Positions 63,722 through 64,000 of a stretch of DNA of 64,000 bases are shown in pieces. A program made the position numbers and the translations under genes. This DNA is from Gammaproteobacteria bacterium. GTDB taxonomy: Bacteria > Pseudomonadota > Gammaproteobacteria > Steroidobacterales > Rariloculaceae. The notes under the pieces were generated by a model that searched no databases, had not been told where the DNA came from, and was given only the letters and a program-made list of their open reading frames with translations. The DNA lies in contig OY761822.1 in NCBI GenBank assembly GCA_963664945.1, positions 3,847,162 through 3,911,161 of the forward strand, given 5' to 3'. Positions within the stretch are counted from its first letter, which is position 1. Each line of letters opens with the position of its first letter.

Positions 63722-64000
63722 GCTCGATGGCCCTGATGATGCGATTGTAGGTCCCGCACCTGCAGAGAATGTTGCTCATGTGGCTCACGATTTCGTCGCG
63801 TGACGGATTGGGGTTCGCCGCCAGCAGATCGGCCGCACGCATGATCTGACCGGACTGGCAGTAGCCGCACTGCGGTACTTCCTCCTCGACCCAGGCCCGC
63901 TGCAGCGGGTGATCGGAATCAGGCGACAGCCCCTCGATGGTGGTGATCTCGCGGCCCTCGACGGCCGACACGGGCGTCAGGCAGGCGTAGTTCGAAGCAC
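63702..64000 (-). CDS. (2Fe-2S)-binding small subunit (IorA-like), N-terminus off-window
   Basis: ...TIEGL.....[30 protein letters not shown]...P.PSRDEI...[13 protein letters not shown]. The ORF runs to the window edge. Confidence 0.85.
   Translation of the reverse strand, partial: ASNYACLTPVSAVEGREITTIEGLSPDSDHPLQRAWVEEEVPQCGYCQSGQIMRAADLLAANPNPSRDEIVSHMSNILCRCGTYNRIIRAIERAAEEV

Overview
This is a high-GC chromosomal segment whose housekeeping gene order looks gammaproteobacterial (inference from synteny only). Minus strand: galU, comEA-like, lapB-lapA, ihfB, rpsA, cmk, aroA, pheA, serA, serC, gyrA. Plus strand: mtaD-ubiG-gph-SDR. Then rluB-scpB-scpA-M50 protease-TsaC/YciO-like (minus), yciB-bolA-PPIase-ligA (plus), zipA-smc (minus), dksA (plus) and pnp-rpsO-truB-rbfA-infB-nusA-rimP (minus). 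The right end holds a TonB receptor / D-aminoacylase / M14 peptidase cluster and an IorAB-type molybdoenzyme. Many neighbouring genes overlap by 4 nt (ATGA or GTGA). The most interesting region is a visibly AT-richer accessory island of about 12 kb (about 18.3-30.3 kb) between the SDR gene and rluB. Its core is a complete type II-C CRISPR-Cas9 system with a predicted tracrRNA (own promoter and terminator), cas9-cas1-cas2, and a 42-repeat array (19686-22496) transcribed towards cas2. An IS630-family element sits exactly in the CTAG of the cas1 stop codon and separates cas2 from cas1. The cas2-proximal quarter of the array is scrambled. The island also carries two solo type I-E-like repeats bracketing a small-membrane-protein/HigA-like cassette, a phage virion-morphogenesis pseudogene, and an Rpn-family nuclease. 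Findings outside the island:
- a LigA with a duplicated HhH module, in inverted orientation relative to zipA-smc
- a two-cysteine (DksA2-type) DksA
- an orphan promoter-plus-terminator unit predicting an sRNA of about 90 nt
- an ISAs1-family element (transposase fused to a DUF4338-like domain) with a 9-bp target duplication, which cuts the signal-peptide region of an M14 lipoprotein peptidase
- a galU that seems to need a CTG start

All calls rest on reading the sequence and ORF translations and on recalled family motifs. No database search, RNA folding or statistics were run, and start codons are best guesses.
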